Counted from the first letter of the whole stretch, positions 1 to 14,500 are shown. The stretch: DNA of 63,426 bases, filler included, from Octopus bimaculoides (GCF_001194135.2; 7 parts of 6 records of this genome joined end to end with filler, not necessarily neighbours in it); one strand, 5' to 3'. The notes: generated from the letters alone by a model not told the origin. Translations and numbers: made by a program.

Positions 1-59
1 GCACATGTACAGACAAAAAAGATGTATGCATATGTATTGATGTATGTACGTACACATGA

Positions 60-599
60 CAACACACCCCTTCAGTCACTCTCTTTCTCGCTCTCTCTCT
101 CTCTCCCTTCCCCTCTCTCTCCCTTCCCCCCTCTCTCTCTCTCTTTCTCTCTTCCTCTCTTTTTTCTCCCTTCCTCTCTCTCGCTCTTTCTCCCTTCCTC
201 TCTCTCTCTTTCCATTCCTCTCTCTCTTCCTCTCTCTCACTCACGCACGTACATACACGTATACACGTACACACACGTACATACACATACATACATCTTT
301 CATTTTCTCCTCTCTTTCACAAAACTAAATAAACTATTTACGGAAATCACCGAACGCAGATGACTGCTCTGCAAGTCAAAACGAAAGATCGCCTATGTAA
401 CTTTCTTTATTATAATACAGATATGACTAATTTGGAGAAACATTACTTTCATTATCAACACATCGTGGGGAGGCTTTACCTGTGTTTAACGTTTCCCACA
501 TACAGACGTACGGATACATACAAATTGATGTTGATCCCCCTTGTCTCTTTCTCTCTCCCCTTCTCTATCTCTCTCTCTCTCTCTCTCTCNNNNNNNNNN

Positions 600-653
<54 letters not shown>

Positions 654-1092
654 GCATTTCACACGCACACATATGCACTAGAGAGACCGTACACGTACAT
701 CGTATATGCGTACAAGCACGTACATCACAAATACCCCATGCACGCTCAGAAGTAGATATCCACAAGGTCTATAATAGAAGTGCATTTTTCAGCCTCTTCA
801 AAACGCACAATATATCTGAATGTGTATTGGTTGATAGATTTTTCAGGCAAGCACACAGGGTTATAAAATTAAATGCAGATGTTATACGCGCGCGCGCGCG
901 AACACGCACAAACGCACATGCACATACGTGCGCGCGCGCACACACACATGCACATACACATGTACACACGTAAAGGAAAGACAGATTGCGTGCATGCGTA
1001 TTTGGGCTCGCTTGATATAGAAATACATTTAGCTGTGCATCATATTGATTGGTTGATCAAGAGAAGAACAATGGAGAAAACATTACACGCAC

Positions 1093-1123
<31 letters not shown>

Positions 1124-1790
1124 CATATAGAAAGAGGGAGTGTGGACGTAAGGAGGGAGGAATGGAGAGAAAGAGAGACAGACAATGAAAGAGAGACAGA
1201 GAATGATGAGATGTGTGTGTTTGCGTGTGTAGAGTAAATGGAGACACAATAGACTTTGTAGGAATGTATATAGAAGGTCAAACTGGAATAATCCGAATTA
1301 AGTTTATCTCTAAGCAGTGGAATTATTAGGAATTAATTCGTTTATTCCTTACTGCCGAGGAAACATTTGTAATCCGAATCAGTGCATCAAATTCCTTATA
1401 ACTGACATCTCTCTCCCTCTATTTTCTTCTTTCCTTCGTTTTCACTACACACACACACACACACACACACCATACTGCCTTTCTCCCTTCCTCTCTTTTT
1501 TCGCGGTAACTATTTTTATAACAGTCTTTCTAAATCGCTCTCTCTATCTTTCTCTTTCTCTAATTAATCCCCTCTTTCATTCGTGACTTTTCTTGATCTC
1601 CTACCTTCATGTCTTCCCCCACTCTCTCTACCCCCTCTCTTCCTCTCCCCCTCTCTTTCTTTCTCCCTCTCTCTTTCTCTCATTCTCTCTGCCCCTCTCT
1701 TTCTCTCATTCTCCCTCCCTCAAAAGCTACCTCATATCATCCTCCATAGTAATCATCTCTATCTTGCTAACATCCTCCATGTACTAATGA
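60..1790. repeat. Microsatellite/low-complexity cluster: (CT)n, (CA)n, (CG)n, (GA)n
   Basis: Direct reading; overlapping ORFs are poly-SL/HT artefacts. Confidence 0.95.
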
Positions 1791-3193
1791 TCCTGTATCC
1801 TTTCCCAGTCACGCTTCATCCCAAATTATACTTCTCACGTATTAATTACCTACACGAGTCAACGAGAGAACCGCTGCGTAATCGATCCACCTACTAGATG
1901 TAGCAGTTAAATCTTCTTTACATCTAACTTTCACCGCAATCAAAACAAAAGACAACGATAATATAATCGTAAGTACCCCCATGGTGGTGGAATGTTCACA
2001 GCTGATTAGGGTTTACTTGGACATAAAGAACAATACAGTCATTCTCAATCATAAATGACCCCTTCTACCTTCTTAGTATGCCACTCACCAATGAAACACT
2101 CATTTAAAAATGTCATTATTCTGCAAAATGCTTACTGCCCAAATGTTAACCAACACCGAACTGTCAAACTATGCACAAATACCACACTACATACAACTGT
2201 ACTATACTACACAATAGTGTCGCTACCATACACCTACCAGTAAGTCTACCAATACACCTACCAGTAAAACAGTGAACGTCACTATACTATATATCTATCA
2301 TATAGTATGTTTAAATCATGCAAATATTCTTACTTCGTAGGTACGTAAGCCGATCGTGTATGTTTGTTCGTGAGTCGTGTTATAGATCATGACTCGTAGA
2401 CCCCGTATCTTGGAATTGTAAGTGTGGATGGTCGTTCAAAACTCAGGTCATGAGGCATAAGTCATTCGACATGAGTTACTAAGCATGTGTATGGTCATAC
2501 ATTAAATCATGTTATCAGTCATTGCATTTTGCAGTTTGTTGCACGTGCTGCATCAGGCTAAATTAACTTTTACATTTTCCTATAAAAGCCTGTCGGCTTA
2601 TTCAAAGAGAGAAAAATATATTAAAAAAGTAAAAGTATTTTGACAATGTCTCAGAAAATCCGACATCAATTAAGATGAACGGATTAAATCCGTAATAATT
2701 ATTTCTTTTTGAGATAAAAGGTCATATACATTTGGAGCTCTAGGGGGATTGGGCTGTTGTGGTGCTCATGACCTCTACAATGCACTAATGCCAAATGAGA
2801 TGTACTTATTCAGGAATCGATAGTGAGTCGTTATTTGAATCTCTCGAAACTATGAATAATCTTAGTTTCTTTCTTGTTTATTAGACAAGATCCATAATCT
2901 GATTACATAATACTACTAGTGTATTGAAGTTGGAACAGTAAGTTAATGAATCCCTCATTGGGTCTACAATGCTACCACTATCGACATCAGAAAAATGTGC
3001 CACACTGCAATACCTGCATGGACACGATATATACATGGATACAATAATCCACAGATTAACAGGATTGAAACTGCTTTTAGTCCATTTGAATTGTTACAAC
3101 ATCAAGCGATACAACATAAAACCTATATTACATATATGCTGTAGTCTCTCTATATATAATTAGTATTTACAGTAGTAATTACATACATACATT

Positions 3194-3529
3194 TTTGTTG
3201 GCACTCCATCGCTTACGACTTCGAGGGTTCCAGTTGATCCGATCAACGGAACAGCCTGCTCGTGAAATTAACGTGCAAGTGACTGAGCACTCCACAGACA
3301 CGTGTACCTTTAACGTAGTTCTCGGGGATATTCAGCGTGGCACAGTGTGACAAGGCTGACCCTTTGAATTACAGGCACAACAGAAACAAGAAGTCAGAGT
3401 GAGAGAAAGTTGTGGTGAAAGAGTACAGCAGGGTTCGCCACCATCCCCTGCCGGAGCCTCGTGGAGCTTTAGGTGTTTTCGCTCAATAAACACTCATAAC
3501 GCCCGGTCTGGGAATCGAAACCGCGATCC
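3194..3529 (-). mobile_element. tRNA-derived SINE with Deu/Nin-like body (head runs into gap)
   Basis: Minus strand shows B-box-like GGTTTCGATTCCC, then ...CCTTGTCACACTG...CACGTTAATTTCACGAGCAGG; same family at 19885-20115; body shared with 22503-22826. Confidence 0.8.
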
Positions 3530-3792
3530 NNNNNNNNNNNNNNNNNNNNNNNNNNNNNNNNNNNNNNNNNNNNNNNNNNNNNNNNNNNNNNNNNNNNNNN
3601 NNNNNNNNNNNNNNNNNNNNNNNNNNNNNNNNNNNNNNNNNNNNNNNNNNNNNNNNNNNNNNNNNNNNNNNNNNNNNNNNNNNNNNNNNNNNNNNNNNNN
3701 NNNNNNNNNNNNNNNNNNNNNNNNNNNNNNNNNNNNNNNNNNNNNNNNNNNNNNNNNNNNNNTATTATTTACTGTAGTAAGTATATACTGAA

Positions 3793-3998
3793 GTAAATTG
3801 GCACGCTGGACGAAATGCTTAGCGGTATTTCGTCTGTTTTTGCGTTGCGTTCTGGTTTCGGATTCCGCCGAGGTCGACTTTGCCTTTCATCCTTTCGGGG
3901 TTAATAAATTAAGTACCAGTTATGCGCACTGGGGTCGATGTAATCGACTTGTCCCTCTGCCCACTAAATTTCAGGCCTTGTGCCTATAGTAGAAATGA
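3793..3998 (+). mobile_element. tRNA-derived SINE with Meta-like central domain
   Basis: GTCGACTTTGCCTTTCATCCTTTCGGGG..ATAAATTAAGTACCAG motif, recurring many times in the window. Confidence 0.85.
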
Positions 3999-4367
3999 AC
4001 GTGAACGTTTTTTTCTTATCAATTTTGTAGGAGTTCTGATGTTTATGATCGTTCGAAATGCCTTAAATATATAAGGAGGAAGGTGTTGCAATGTAGATCG
4101 TAATTGAATGGTATTGAGTGTGGGTGTGTGTCGTCTGTATCTGCATTTGTGAAGACGGTAATGGGGTACAGAAAACGTTTCAAGTAAGCTTGCAGGGACA
4201 GCACATAGCGAGAGAAGTCTGTCAAATGCATCGCACAATGAGAGAGGATTTGATGGAATGTAAATGAGAACTAGTTTGGCTGAGATGCTCACTGAATGAA
4301 AAATAGCTATAATATTTTTCTGGGTTCTAAGGCCATCGTCTAATATACGCGCGCGCATGCATGTATA

Positions 4368-4421
<54 letters not shown>

Positions 4422-4631
4422 CGTGTGTGATCTCACCTCATTATTTGTAGTTTTAGCACTAAGGTGACTCCATCCGTATGCATTCTCATAGCAATTAGAC
4501 GTTGGAATAGCTTGGCAAAATAAATGGGACAACAAGAAGAGGTTTTAAATAAGGATGAAAATGATGAGGATGATCAGGTTCATAAAGAAGATAATATAAA
4601 ATGATTTAATATGTAATATTATATTTAACAG

Positions 4632-4684
<53 letters not shown>

Positions 4685-4686
<2 letters not shown>

Positions 4687-4803
4687 GTTTCAAATTTTGG
4701 CACAAGGCCAGTAGTTTTGGGGAGGGGTAAGTCGACTACATCGACTCTATTGCTAAATTGGTACTTATTTTATCGACTCCGAAACGATGAAAGACAAAGT
4801 CGA
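4685..4803 (-). mobile_element. Meta-like SINE 3' fragment
   Basis: Reverse complement of the same motif, next to (AAT)n. Confidence 0.75.
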
Positions 4804-4829
4804 TACTGTACGCTGGATCCATCGAAGCT

Positions 4830-4990
4830 GTTCCTTCTCGACTCTTGTTACCGCTTGAACCATTACTGCAGAAGTTAGATGTTTCGAGGAGCATCCAACG
4901 TGAACTAGGTTGTGAGAGAGCTGTGTGAGCCTATACAGACGACGTCACCATAATAGTATCGAACACCAAAGACATCGAGGTGATTGGTAC
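4830..4990 (+). mobile_element. Tx1/L1-clade LINE reverse-transcriptase fragment
   Basis: Translates LEPLLQKLDV...AV*AYTDDVTIIVS (YADD-like motif at 4932-4943), with an in-frame stop. Confidence 0.7.
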
Positions 4991-5056
4991 TGCTCTGACT
5001 GAGTGCATTGCTCTGACTGAGTGCATTGCTCTGACTGAGTGCATTGCTCTGACTGA
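4991..5056 (+). repeat. 18-bp tandem repeat, about 3.7 copies (TGCTCTGACTGAGTGCAT)
   Basis: Identical copies read directly. Confidence 0.95.
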
Positions 5057-5334
5057 CAAAACACGCCTGATCCTTCTCTTCGCATCACTTCCTAATGTGT
5101 CTCTCCCTCTCCAAAAATTTCTTCAACCAGACCTTTCCAGAATATGAATCCTTAAGAAATCCCAGAGCAGTCTCGCTGTTTTGGCAAACATTAACTGAGC
5201 ATAATCCACATTGACCTCACCACTCTTGGAGGGCCTCCGAAACTCTTGTGGTCCCACATCGAACCACAAAACACCGGATAAGTCTGTAACCATTGATGTT
5301 TTTAGTATTATTAAATTTATGCGTACCTATAATA

Positions 5335-6140
5335 TATGAAAGAAATTGTTGTATACAGTGCTCAGGTGCACTACAAAAACAAAAATGCCATCAGATGTAC
5401 TGTTGCGAATTTCAAGAAGCATGGAAGTTTTGAAGGATTTACGACAATGTCTCGATGCGAGTAGTTTATTCCATGCATCAACAATTCGGAGCGTGAAAAA
5501 ACATTTCCGAAAGTCATGGGTGCTGGTTTTTTGTTATTTTGTGAGCATGTCCACAAGTGTTTGACATATGGAATTCAAAAAGATGCACAACGTTGTTGTT
5601 GGAAAGATGATAGATAATTGTGTGGGTGTCTACCAAATCAGTTGCCAGACATCTAAGCTTCAGTGTGTCCATTTCCAGTGAAGCAAGACGTTCAGAGTAT
5701 GGTAGATGCCTGACGACAAGTATTCGTTTTGTTGCACGTTTCTGAACAGTTTCCAGGAGATTTATATGCTGAGCAAGATAGGGGTTCAAGACTTGGTGAT
5801 GCAAATTCTAAGTGTGGACGTACCATTGTCAAATACAGTTTTAAATAGATAGATGGAAAGCGGCTGGCAAAGAAGTCTTACTGAGTGATGCTAGGACACC
5901 CTGGGCCTCCTTGACAATCTTAGAGATGTGGTTTATTCAACGCAAATCGTTGTTTATAATAATACCCAGCTCACGTTCACTAGAAGACTTCTTGAGATTG
6001 GTGTTACTCAGGGAGTATGTAAAGGCTGGGTTTTTCCTCCCACAGTGCATGGTGACACACTTGTCCACAGCTAGCTTGAGTTGCCAGTCATAGATCCTTT
6101 GCTGCACTATGTCCAGGTCTGATTGCAGGAAATATCTATA
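5335..6140 (-). mobile_element. CR1-group LINE 3' fragment (RT C-terminus)
   Basis: SSSERELGIIINNDL, LLETVQKRATKRI, LPYSERLASLEM, FRKCFFTLRIVDAWNKL motifs across frameshifts. Confidence 0.85.
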
Positions 6141-6679
6141 GCGCATAGGATCTGCGTTTTTTTTATTTCAAGGTACAGCATGTATGACTATGTGTAAAAT
6201 GAGAGTGTATGTGCATTCATGTGTGTGCATGTGTACGTGTTTATAGATATATTTATAGCCTATTGGATGCTTAATTTCTGTTAAGAGTCAAGGATTTTCT
6301 TCACAATGGCCAAAAGTTATTTAAGAATAAAGTTCGTTCATCCGCTTAATCGTTATTAATGAATACAACATATGTCCCAGATTCTCTACATTTCCTGCTT
6401 CTCCTCTTCACACCATTAGAACCACCATCAACCTCAGCAGCAGGTTTTTCCTTTATTCTTCGGAGATTAGACAGAGAATTCTTTAGCTTTTGCGTTTCTG
6501 AGATGTTGAGGGACGAGGAGAAAAAGATGTTGGGGGACGGGGAGAAAAGAGAAAAATTAATGAAAGGAGCAGGTCTGGGAGAATCAGGGTCGTTTGGTGT
6601 AGGTTTGAGATAAAAAGAACGATTGAACGATTGTGTGTAGACGCCTAAGTATATGTATATTAATATATGTACGTGTGTG

Positions 6680-6680
6680 T

Positions 6681-6778
<98 letters not shown>

Positions 6779-6792
6779 GAGAGAGAAAGAGA
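6680..6792 (+). repeat. (GA)n microsatellite
   Basis: Direct reading. Confidence 0.95.
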
Positions 6793-7214
6793 GAGTTGTG
6801 GAAATGTAGAATCTATGCTAGAGATAAAGGTGTGTCGTACAGAAAGAATGAATGCGCGCGCGCGCGTGATTGCGGAGATAAGTAACTAAAGTGAAATCAT
6901 TAAAGAAAATAAGAATACATCCTATGGACGCCAGGAAGCTTTCCGTACATTGGTTTTCAGTCGTTTGGCTTTGTGCCAGTTCAGTACTGCTCAGTTTCTC
7001 ACAGCTTCTGCCCTATCTCACATCTTTGATTTATTTCGATAAAGTTGCGTTATATTTCCATATATTCAGGTCTGTATGTCATATTTCTAATTCAGGTGCC
7101 TCTTAGAGGACTTCGCCATCCCATTATACAAAAATACCGTTTTAACGTATGGAGTGCGAACATTTTTTTTTTTTTTTGCACAAAGTATACAATAGAGGGT
7201 TCGCAGGGGTGTTA

Positions 7215-7500
7215 TTCCTCTGCATTGAGAGGTCACAGCTTCGGTATTACGGACATGAGATTAGAATATCGCAAGAAAGAATCGCAAGACGGATTCTCCA
7301 GGCCGAGCCAACTGGCACGAAACTTTGGAGTGGATCAAGAACTAGGTTGGATGATATCCAAAGTCTTAGTTGTTCACGCTTGAGAACCCACCCAGAAAGT
7401 GTAATGATAGTTGCTTCTGATAGGACCCTATAAAGGAGGTGTCTGAAGACTCTACCCCAATGCCTCCCCGCACCAGGAATAGTGGGTGGAGATGGATGGA
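7215..7500 (+). mobile_element. RTE-clade LINE 3' fragment
   Basis: IERSQLRYYGHEIRISQERIARRILQAEPTG...RTRLDDIQSL resembles the RTE ORF C-terminus. Confidence 0.75.
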
Positions 7501-8639
7501 AATGCAAAAAAAAAAAAAATGCATTTTAACTATTTTTCACTGCTAATTCTGAGTTTCTTCTTTGACATTAATTTTGTTTTCTTCTCAGTCCTACTGCTTT
7601 CGCATCAGTTATTTCGCCTACGAGAGTATACTTGTTAGTGAAATGATTTTAACTAATTAAGGCGGTGGAATGCAAATAGAGTAGAGGGCTGTACAAATAG
7701 CCTTCCATCCCATTATATTTTCTTTTTAACAGAGATCAACTTAATTTCTTGTCATATTTCATAAGTGAGGAGTAGAAAGATTCGATCATAAAAGGTTTCA
7801 CTCCATCCCCAAATTTTGTGTCCTTGCTGCAAAAATTAGAATTTAAAAACACATTTTAAATTATTTATTCCCCAAGCAGTCACAACGGAGATGCAATTTA
7901 GAACACTGTGCTAGGAATCTTTCTCAGTCAATAACATCAACGTAATTATGTAACTGAATGGTCATCAGATATGGTTTGCTGTCCAGCACGATAGCTGTGA
8001 ACAATAAAGCCTACACTGCATTAATCAGCAATAGTAAATAGATTAATGGAATGTCTTCCTAAAATGTCCTGTTTAGTCTTGTGTTCACGCTACGAGATGT
8101 TTTGAGACCCCATAAGAAGTCTGGTGTATCAATGCAATCTTGAAGTTCCTCCTTTATAGTCCATAGAGAAGAATGTGTTCTGCACACGCTCTTGTTAACT
8201 ATGAAATATCTGGTTACCAAATTTTGTGAAACCTGTTTCACCATTTAACTTTTTAAATAACTATTTACTGATCCTATGGAAATTATTTCCATTGCTTGTC
8301 GTACTTTGAGATTTTAAACACAATTTTTGTTCGATAAATGTTTGGATAATCAATCATGCCAAGTTTTTTTTCTTTTCAAACACAAAACATTACAATTATG
8401 ATAAACCACTGTATTTCTATTTAGTATTGCACAATGCTACCTTAATCTATTTTCCCTTAGCCCTGTTGGGTAACACCTTTAATGAACGTCATTACATTCC
8501 TTCTATTTTGTATGTATTGATCACTTCTAAATTTTGCAAACCGAGTAGAGTATACTTCATAATAACACTAAACCACGTTCGTTACTTTCAGCAGTTTATT
8601 TTCAAGATAACACCCATGCCCTGATGAATCATCTTTAAT

Positions 8640-9250
8640 TTCAAAGCACTTCGCTTAGATAATCTCACTGACGTTTTGTCTCTTGCTTGTTGACGGGAAA
8701 CGGTTGGAAAAACTTCTGCGTTGGCGATAGGAGAAAACGACATTCTCGAGAAAACGCTGCGCGCTGATGAGAACGTGGTTAGTTTGTTCGGGAGAACTTT
8801 CGGCCCGAGATCTATAGACAACTCCCAAAAATTCTTAGCCTACCAATGTCACTGGGAGGTATTGTTGCCAGTCGAACATGTAGAAGATTCGTGCAGAGTG
8901 ACGAAATTGTTGAGTGTTCGAGCAATGCTGCTTTGTGGTTTTTGTTGAACAGTTGTTGTCTCATGTAAGATGGCTACGACTATCAGACGAGTCTATCTTG
9001 CAAATCGTTCCACCGCCTTTCTTCGGTTGGGATGGTCAAGCATTTTTTCTCTGTCTGGTGGCAATGGTGAAATCTGTAGGGATGAAACTGAAAGGATAGA
9101 AGGCAGACGCTGTTCTCTTTTGTCAAGCCTTCATCAACTTTTATAATATTCACTTGGAAAGGAAGGCGACGTTGGCGGGAAAAATGCTGAACCTCCTCCA
9201 CATTAAATTCGTTGAAAGGTAGGTGAATTTGGTGAAGACTATACATGTAA
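8640..9250 (+). mobile_element. Tx1/L1-clade LINE 3' fragment
   Basis: FLAYQCHWEVLLPV, VEQLLSHVRWLRLSDESILQIVPPP...KLKG, FINFYNIHLERK; homologous to 42876-43090 and 41208-41492. Confidence 0.75.
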
Positions 9251-9491
9251 ACGTACCTACTCAGAGTCTTGGCGAGTAGGGCAGGAAATAACATATGACA
9301 GTGAGTACTGATTGTGGTTTGCACACTTTCTTTAATTGGCCCCTAAGCACCTCCCTTTAACAAAGGAACTAGTTTGTTGAAATTTTGTTTTTACTTATTT
9401 TTGTTATTCCATTTTAAACGTTTTTTTTTTTGCTTTTGTTTTTTAACTAACCCCGCCAACTTCGTTGTATTTAGTTTTGTGCACTGTGCTA

Positions 9492-9868
9492 TTTGTTTCA
9501 CTCATTAGACAGTAGCCATGCTGGGGTACCGCCTTGAAGAATTTTAATCGCACAAATCGACCTCAGTACCCTTTTTTAAGCTTGTTACTCATTCTATCGG
9601 TCTCTTTCACCGAACCGCTAAGTTATGTGGCCGCAAGTACACCAACACCGGTTAAGCAGTGGTGGGGAACATGGACATGCACACACGCACAGACACACAT
9701 ATACAAGACAGACTTCTTTCAGTTTCTATATTCAAAATCCACTCATATGACTTCGGTCACCCCGAGGCTATAGTGTAAGACGCTTGCCTATGATGTCACA
9801 CAGAGGGACTGAACCCGGTACCATGTGGTTGGCAAGCAAATTTGTTACCACTCAGCCACGCCTGCGCT
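9492..9868 (-). mobile_element. CORE-like tRNA SINE, near full length with internal (CA)n
   Basis: Head at 9790-9868 and tail ...CCAGCATGGCTACTG at the 9500s on minus strand. Confidence 0.8.
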
Positions 9869-9908
9869 TAGTTGCGACTAATACAGAAATTATTATTATT
9901 AGAAGCGT

Positions 9909-10291
9909 TAAGGCGGGGAGCTGGTAGAATCGTTAGCAGATTAGGCAATATGCTTAGCAGTATTTTGTTCGTCTTCGTGTTTTGGAGTTCATATTCCGCT
10001 GGGGTCGACCTTGCCTTTCATCTTTTCGGGATCGATAAAATAAATACCATTTGAGCACTGCGGTCGAAGTAATCGACTTGCCACTCCCCCGAAATTGCAG
10101 GAATTGTGCCAAAGTTTGAAATCATTATTATTAGAATTGATTTGCTTTCATCCTTTCGGGATCGGTAAAATAAGTCGAGGTAAACGACTTATCCCCTACC
10201 CCCAAAATCGCTGTCCTATTGGCAAAATTTGAAACTATCATCATTATTGTCGTTGTTGTTGTTGTTATTATTATTGTTATTATTATTATTA

Positions 10292-10338
<47 letters not shown>

Positions 10339-10850
10339 AGGATGGTGGTTTAGTGGCATATTAGAGCGTCGATGAAAGGAAGTCTAGCAGTTTTTGTGTT
10401 GGTTCGTTCAGTTTGTAGGTAAAACGCTGCTGCGGTCAATTTCTTTAGCCAAAAAATGTCAGTTTAACTGGCCCTACCCCTCCCTTCTATTTCTGGCCCT
10501 GCTGTTGAATAGGAAATTAAGGGGGCCGTGTATTGACAGAATGGGTTGAGCTTCAGAGAAAATGCTTTCCGGATATTTATGTTTCCGAGTTCAAACCCCA
10601 CTGAAGTCAACTACGCATTCACCATCTGAGGTCGATAAAATAAAGTACCCGTTGAGAACTGGGATTGCTTTAGTCGACAAGCCATATTCTCCTTCAGGCC
10701 TAGTGTTTGTGGTCACCCCTATGGTGAATAAAAGAAAAGGCAAGGCTGTGTGGTAAGAATCTCGCTCATTCACTACATGGTTCCAAGTTCAGTCCTACTA
10801 CGCGTAATCTTGGGCAAGCCTTGTGCGACTTGAACGCTCGTGCAGCGGCT
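9909..10850 (+). mobile_element. Cluster of Meta-like SINE copies/fragments plus a CORE-like head
   Basis: Motif recurs at about 10005, 10140 and 10605; ATCTTGGGCAAG at about 10808. Confidence 0.75.
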
Positions 10851-11086
10851 TAATCTTCAAGTCTCCACTCGCAATAGGTTTCTTCAACTAGATACACGTC
10901 GTTGATTGGTTAAAATTACCCAGATACGACAAATTTAACATGAAATAACTTCTAAAATACGAAATTTTATCAAAAATGTTGAAAGTAAACCGTGTTGAGC
11001 GTGAGAAATTACATCAGTATACGAAGTTTCAAACTGTTTAGTTAAAAAAAAAAAATTTTTAATATCTGAGTGAAACTGAACAGATC

Positions 11087-11446
<360 letters not shown>

Positions 11447-12637
11447 TCGTATTGGGTATTAATTCAGTAAAACTTTTGTAGAATAACAGTCTTTTTTTAT
11501 ATACTTTATTTAATAATATATGGTGTTATAGTAACCCAGTTTAGAAAAGGCGGAAGGTGACATTAATAGTTGATCTATTTAGATAGTGCGTGAAAACAGA
11601 ATAGGACGATGATGAACGGGGGTGGTAATGAAGCTATAAGAGGTAAAGGAGGAGGAGAAGAAGAAAAGAAAATAGTAGCAGATAATGATAGTCTAGATGG
11701 AAATGATGACTACGACGACGACGACGATGATGATGATGATGAGGATAGAAACAAAGATATGGGATAAAAGGGAAAAAGCGGGTACAAGAAAAAGAAAACT
11801 TGTAGAGAAATAGTTTAGTACTCAGTGACCTAGTGTTCGTCCAAAATATACACACGCGCACGCACGCACACGCACACTCACACCCACATACACATACTTT
11901 CTCACACAATTTTACTCTAATGGTGTCATTTTTTTGTTCTATTTCATGTAACTATATCATTTGTCACGTTATTCATGCATATATGTTATATACGCGTGTA
12001 TACGACTGTGTATGTGTGAGTGTGTGCTCCTTGCGAGTCTGACTGAATAAAAGTCTGTAGTCCGGACTGTTCTGTTTGTGTGAGGACCCCCATTCCACCC
12101 CAGGGCCTTATAACCCCCCCCCCCCGAAAAATGAACACTTAAACTCACAGATTCTACGCGGAGATACAGACGATGCTGACACTGAAGTAATGAAGTACAG
12201 ATCTCAGTACTTGACTGCCAAACTACTTTACCAATCTCAGAGTTTATTAGTAGGATTTAACTCAGAACGCTATACAGACGTGTTCTACACACACATACAC
12301 ACGTTATGCATATATCTATGCATGTCTAATGCATGTGTATATGCATGTATGCGTCTATCATGTATGTATGTACGCATGTATGTACGTAAGCATGAGTGTA
12401 TGTATGATGCTTGTACAGCTTTCGTTTAGCTATACGTAAAAAAAAAAACGAGGATTTGTTGAAGTGTTGTTTATTGTGTGTTAAAAATTTACGTGAGGGA
12501 GAGAGCGATAAAAGTCCTCATCTACAGTTCGTCTTTAACGAATTCACGGACAAGGCCTTACTCCTGCCAACATGCATGTATGCATGTAACTTTTAATGAT
12601 TTCCGCCGCAGGCGACTATAATGTTAATACAATAGAA

Positions 12638-12896
12638 CAGGGGTTTTCAAACTGTGGTCCGCAAGGACAAGACAGGGGGTCCGTGGACAGCAAATACGTT
12701 TTATGGGAAATTTGATTTTATGTATGTTTTTTAATCGAAATCTTTTAATTGACAATAAACCTATTTGTTAAATACTGTTAAATAAATAAATGTAAAATTA
12801 TATGTTATTTTAAGCAAATATTTATGTATAAATTTCATAAGCGTTTATAAGGGGGTGGTCCCTAAGGTAAAGCCTGAAATATAAAGGGGTCCGCAA
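12638..12896 (+). mobile_element. hAT-like non-autonomous element (right end in gap)
   Basis: Starts CAGGGGTTTTCAAACT, a hAT/Charlie-type terminus; subterminal GGGGTCC motifs as in 56969-57219. Confidence 0.65.
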
Positions 12897-12996
12897 NNNN
12901 NNNNNNNNNNNNNNNNNNNNNNNNNNNNNNNNNNNNNNNNTTAATTAATTAANNNNNNNNNNNNNNNNNNNNNNNNNNNNNNNNNNNNNNNNNNNN
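12897..12996. other. Artificial 100-bp assembly spacer
   Basis: 44 N + TTAATTAATTAA + 44 N. Confidence 0.9.
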
Positions 12997-13095
12997 CGAC
13001 CTCGGCGGAATTTGAACTCAGAACGTAAAAACGGACGAAATGCCGCCAAGCGTTTTATCCGGGCGAGCAAGCGATTCTGCCAGCTCGCCGCGTTC
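12997..13095 (-). mobile_element. Meta-like SINE tRNA head
   Basis: Reverse complement of GAGCTGGCAGAATCG...GAGTTCAAATTCCGCCGAGGTCG. Confidence 0.8.
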
Positions 13096-14095
13096 CCTTT
13101 TGTTTATAATGATATAATATAATCATTATTTATTTTCTGTAATTTTTTTTCATCGAGTTTTTTTATATCCATTTGGTTTCTCGGGATCTTATTTGTAATT
13201 ATCTGAAAATAGTGACCAAAATTATCGATCAAGTCCTTAACTGTTAGTGGTTTCTCATTATTTCCTTTGTAAACTTATTTACTTTCACTATCACATATAT
13301 TCTTGTATTGAAGACAATAAAACAAGATGACTCTATATTTATTTGCTATAATGTATTGTGTTATTTTGTATTGTAGTGAACTGAAGACTCGATGTATCGA
13401 TTCTTATTGTACTCTGTTGTATTTTATTGCTTTATACAGTGTTGTATTGTACTTTATTGTGTTAGTTTATATAGAGTAACGTTCGAGTTTATTGTTAATA
13501 AAGGACAAAATATGGCTGCTACGACAACACCACTAAACAGCAACAATTACAACAAAGAAAGACTTAACAGAATCTCGTTATCTAAACATAGTTGTCAAAT
13601 CTTTCTTCAAATTTAGAAAACTTGCCGAAAAGAAATTTAATCTGCTTTCGTACATTGTATCCTTGACAAAGGGGGGGGGGGAGAAAGAAAAAAGACGGTC
13701 TTTTGAGCAAATGTCCATTTGAGAAAGAGAGAGAAAAATCTTGAGCTTATTTTTGGTTTGTGATAGCTGTCGTTGTTAAAAAAAAAAAGAGAGAGTGAGA
13801 GAGAGAGGGGGAAAGAAAAAAGAGCAAGTAGATTTATAACAGGACAATAAATCTTTGGACTTCATCTCAGTTTAGAATTCAGAAGACTCAGAGATAAAAA
13901 GAATACAATGAATAGGATACGTATTTATATGGAAACCGTATCACACACACACACATACACACTACACACCACACACCACACACATACACACACGTCATGC
14001 TACGGTGTATCGCAACGAATATTGTAGACATGGTAGATAGTACATCGGTGCAGTTATATGACTGGCAGCAAAATATCATACGGTAAAAAACGAAG

Positions 14096-14500
14096 GCAGC
14101 GAAGAGCTGGCAGAAACGTTAGCACGCCGGACGAAATGCTTAGCATATTTCGTCCGTCTTTGTGTTCTGAATTCAAATTCTGCCGAGATCGACTTTGCCT
14201 TTCATCCTTTCAGGGTCGATAAATTAAGTACCAGTTACGCACTGGGGTCGATCTAATCGACTGACCTCCCTCCCCAAAAATTTCGGGCCTTATGCCTAGA
14301 GTAGATAAGAAACGTTAGCACGCCTGGCGAAATGCTTAGTGGTATTTTGTCTGTCTACGTTCTGAGTTCAAATTCCGCCGAGATCGACTTTGCCTTTCAT
14401 CCTTTCGGGGTTGATAAATTAAGTACCAGTTGAGGTCGATCTAACAGACTGGCCCCTCCACCAAAATTTCGGGCTTTGTGCTTAGAGTAGAAAAGATTAT
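14096..14500 (+). mobile_element. Two tandem Meta-like SINE copies
   Basis: AGAAACGTTAGCACGCC head at about 14112 and 14308, each followed by central domain and tail. Confidence 0.85.

Noticed and set aside
22-1897. ORFs rich in SL, HT, CV, YI, II or NN repeats (here and throughout the window)
   Set aside because: Translations of microsatellites.
8059-8244. 61-aa minus-strand ORF
   Set aside because: No recognisable motif or splice support.
12941-12952. TTAATTAATTAA as a biological motif
   Set aside because: Always centred in exactly 44+44 N; synthetic.
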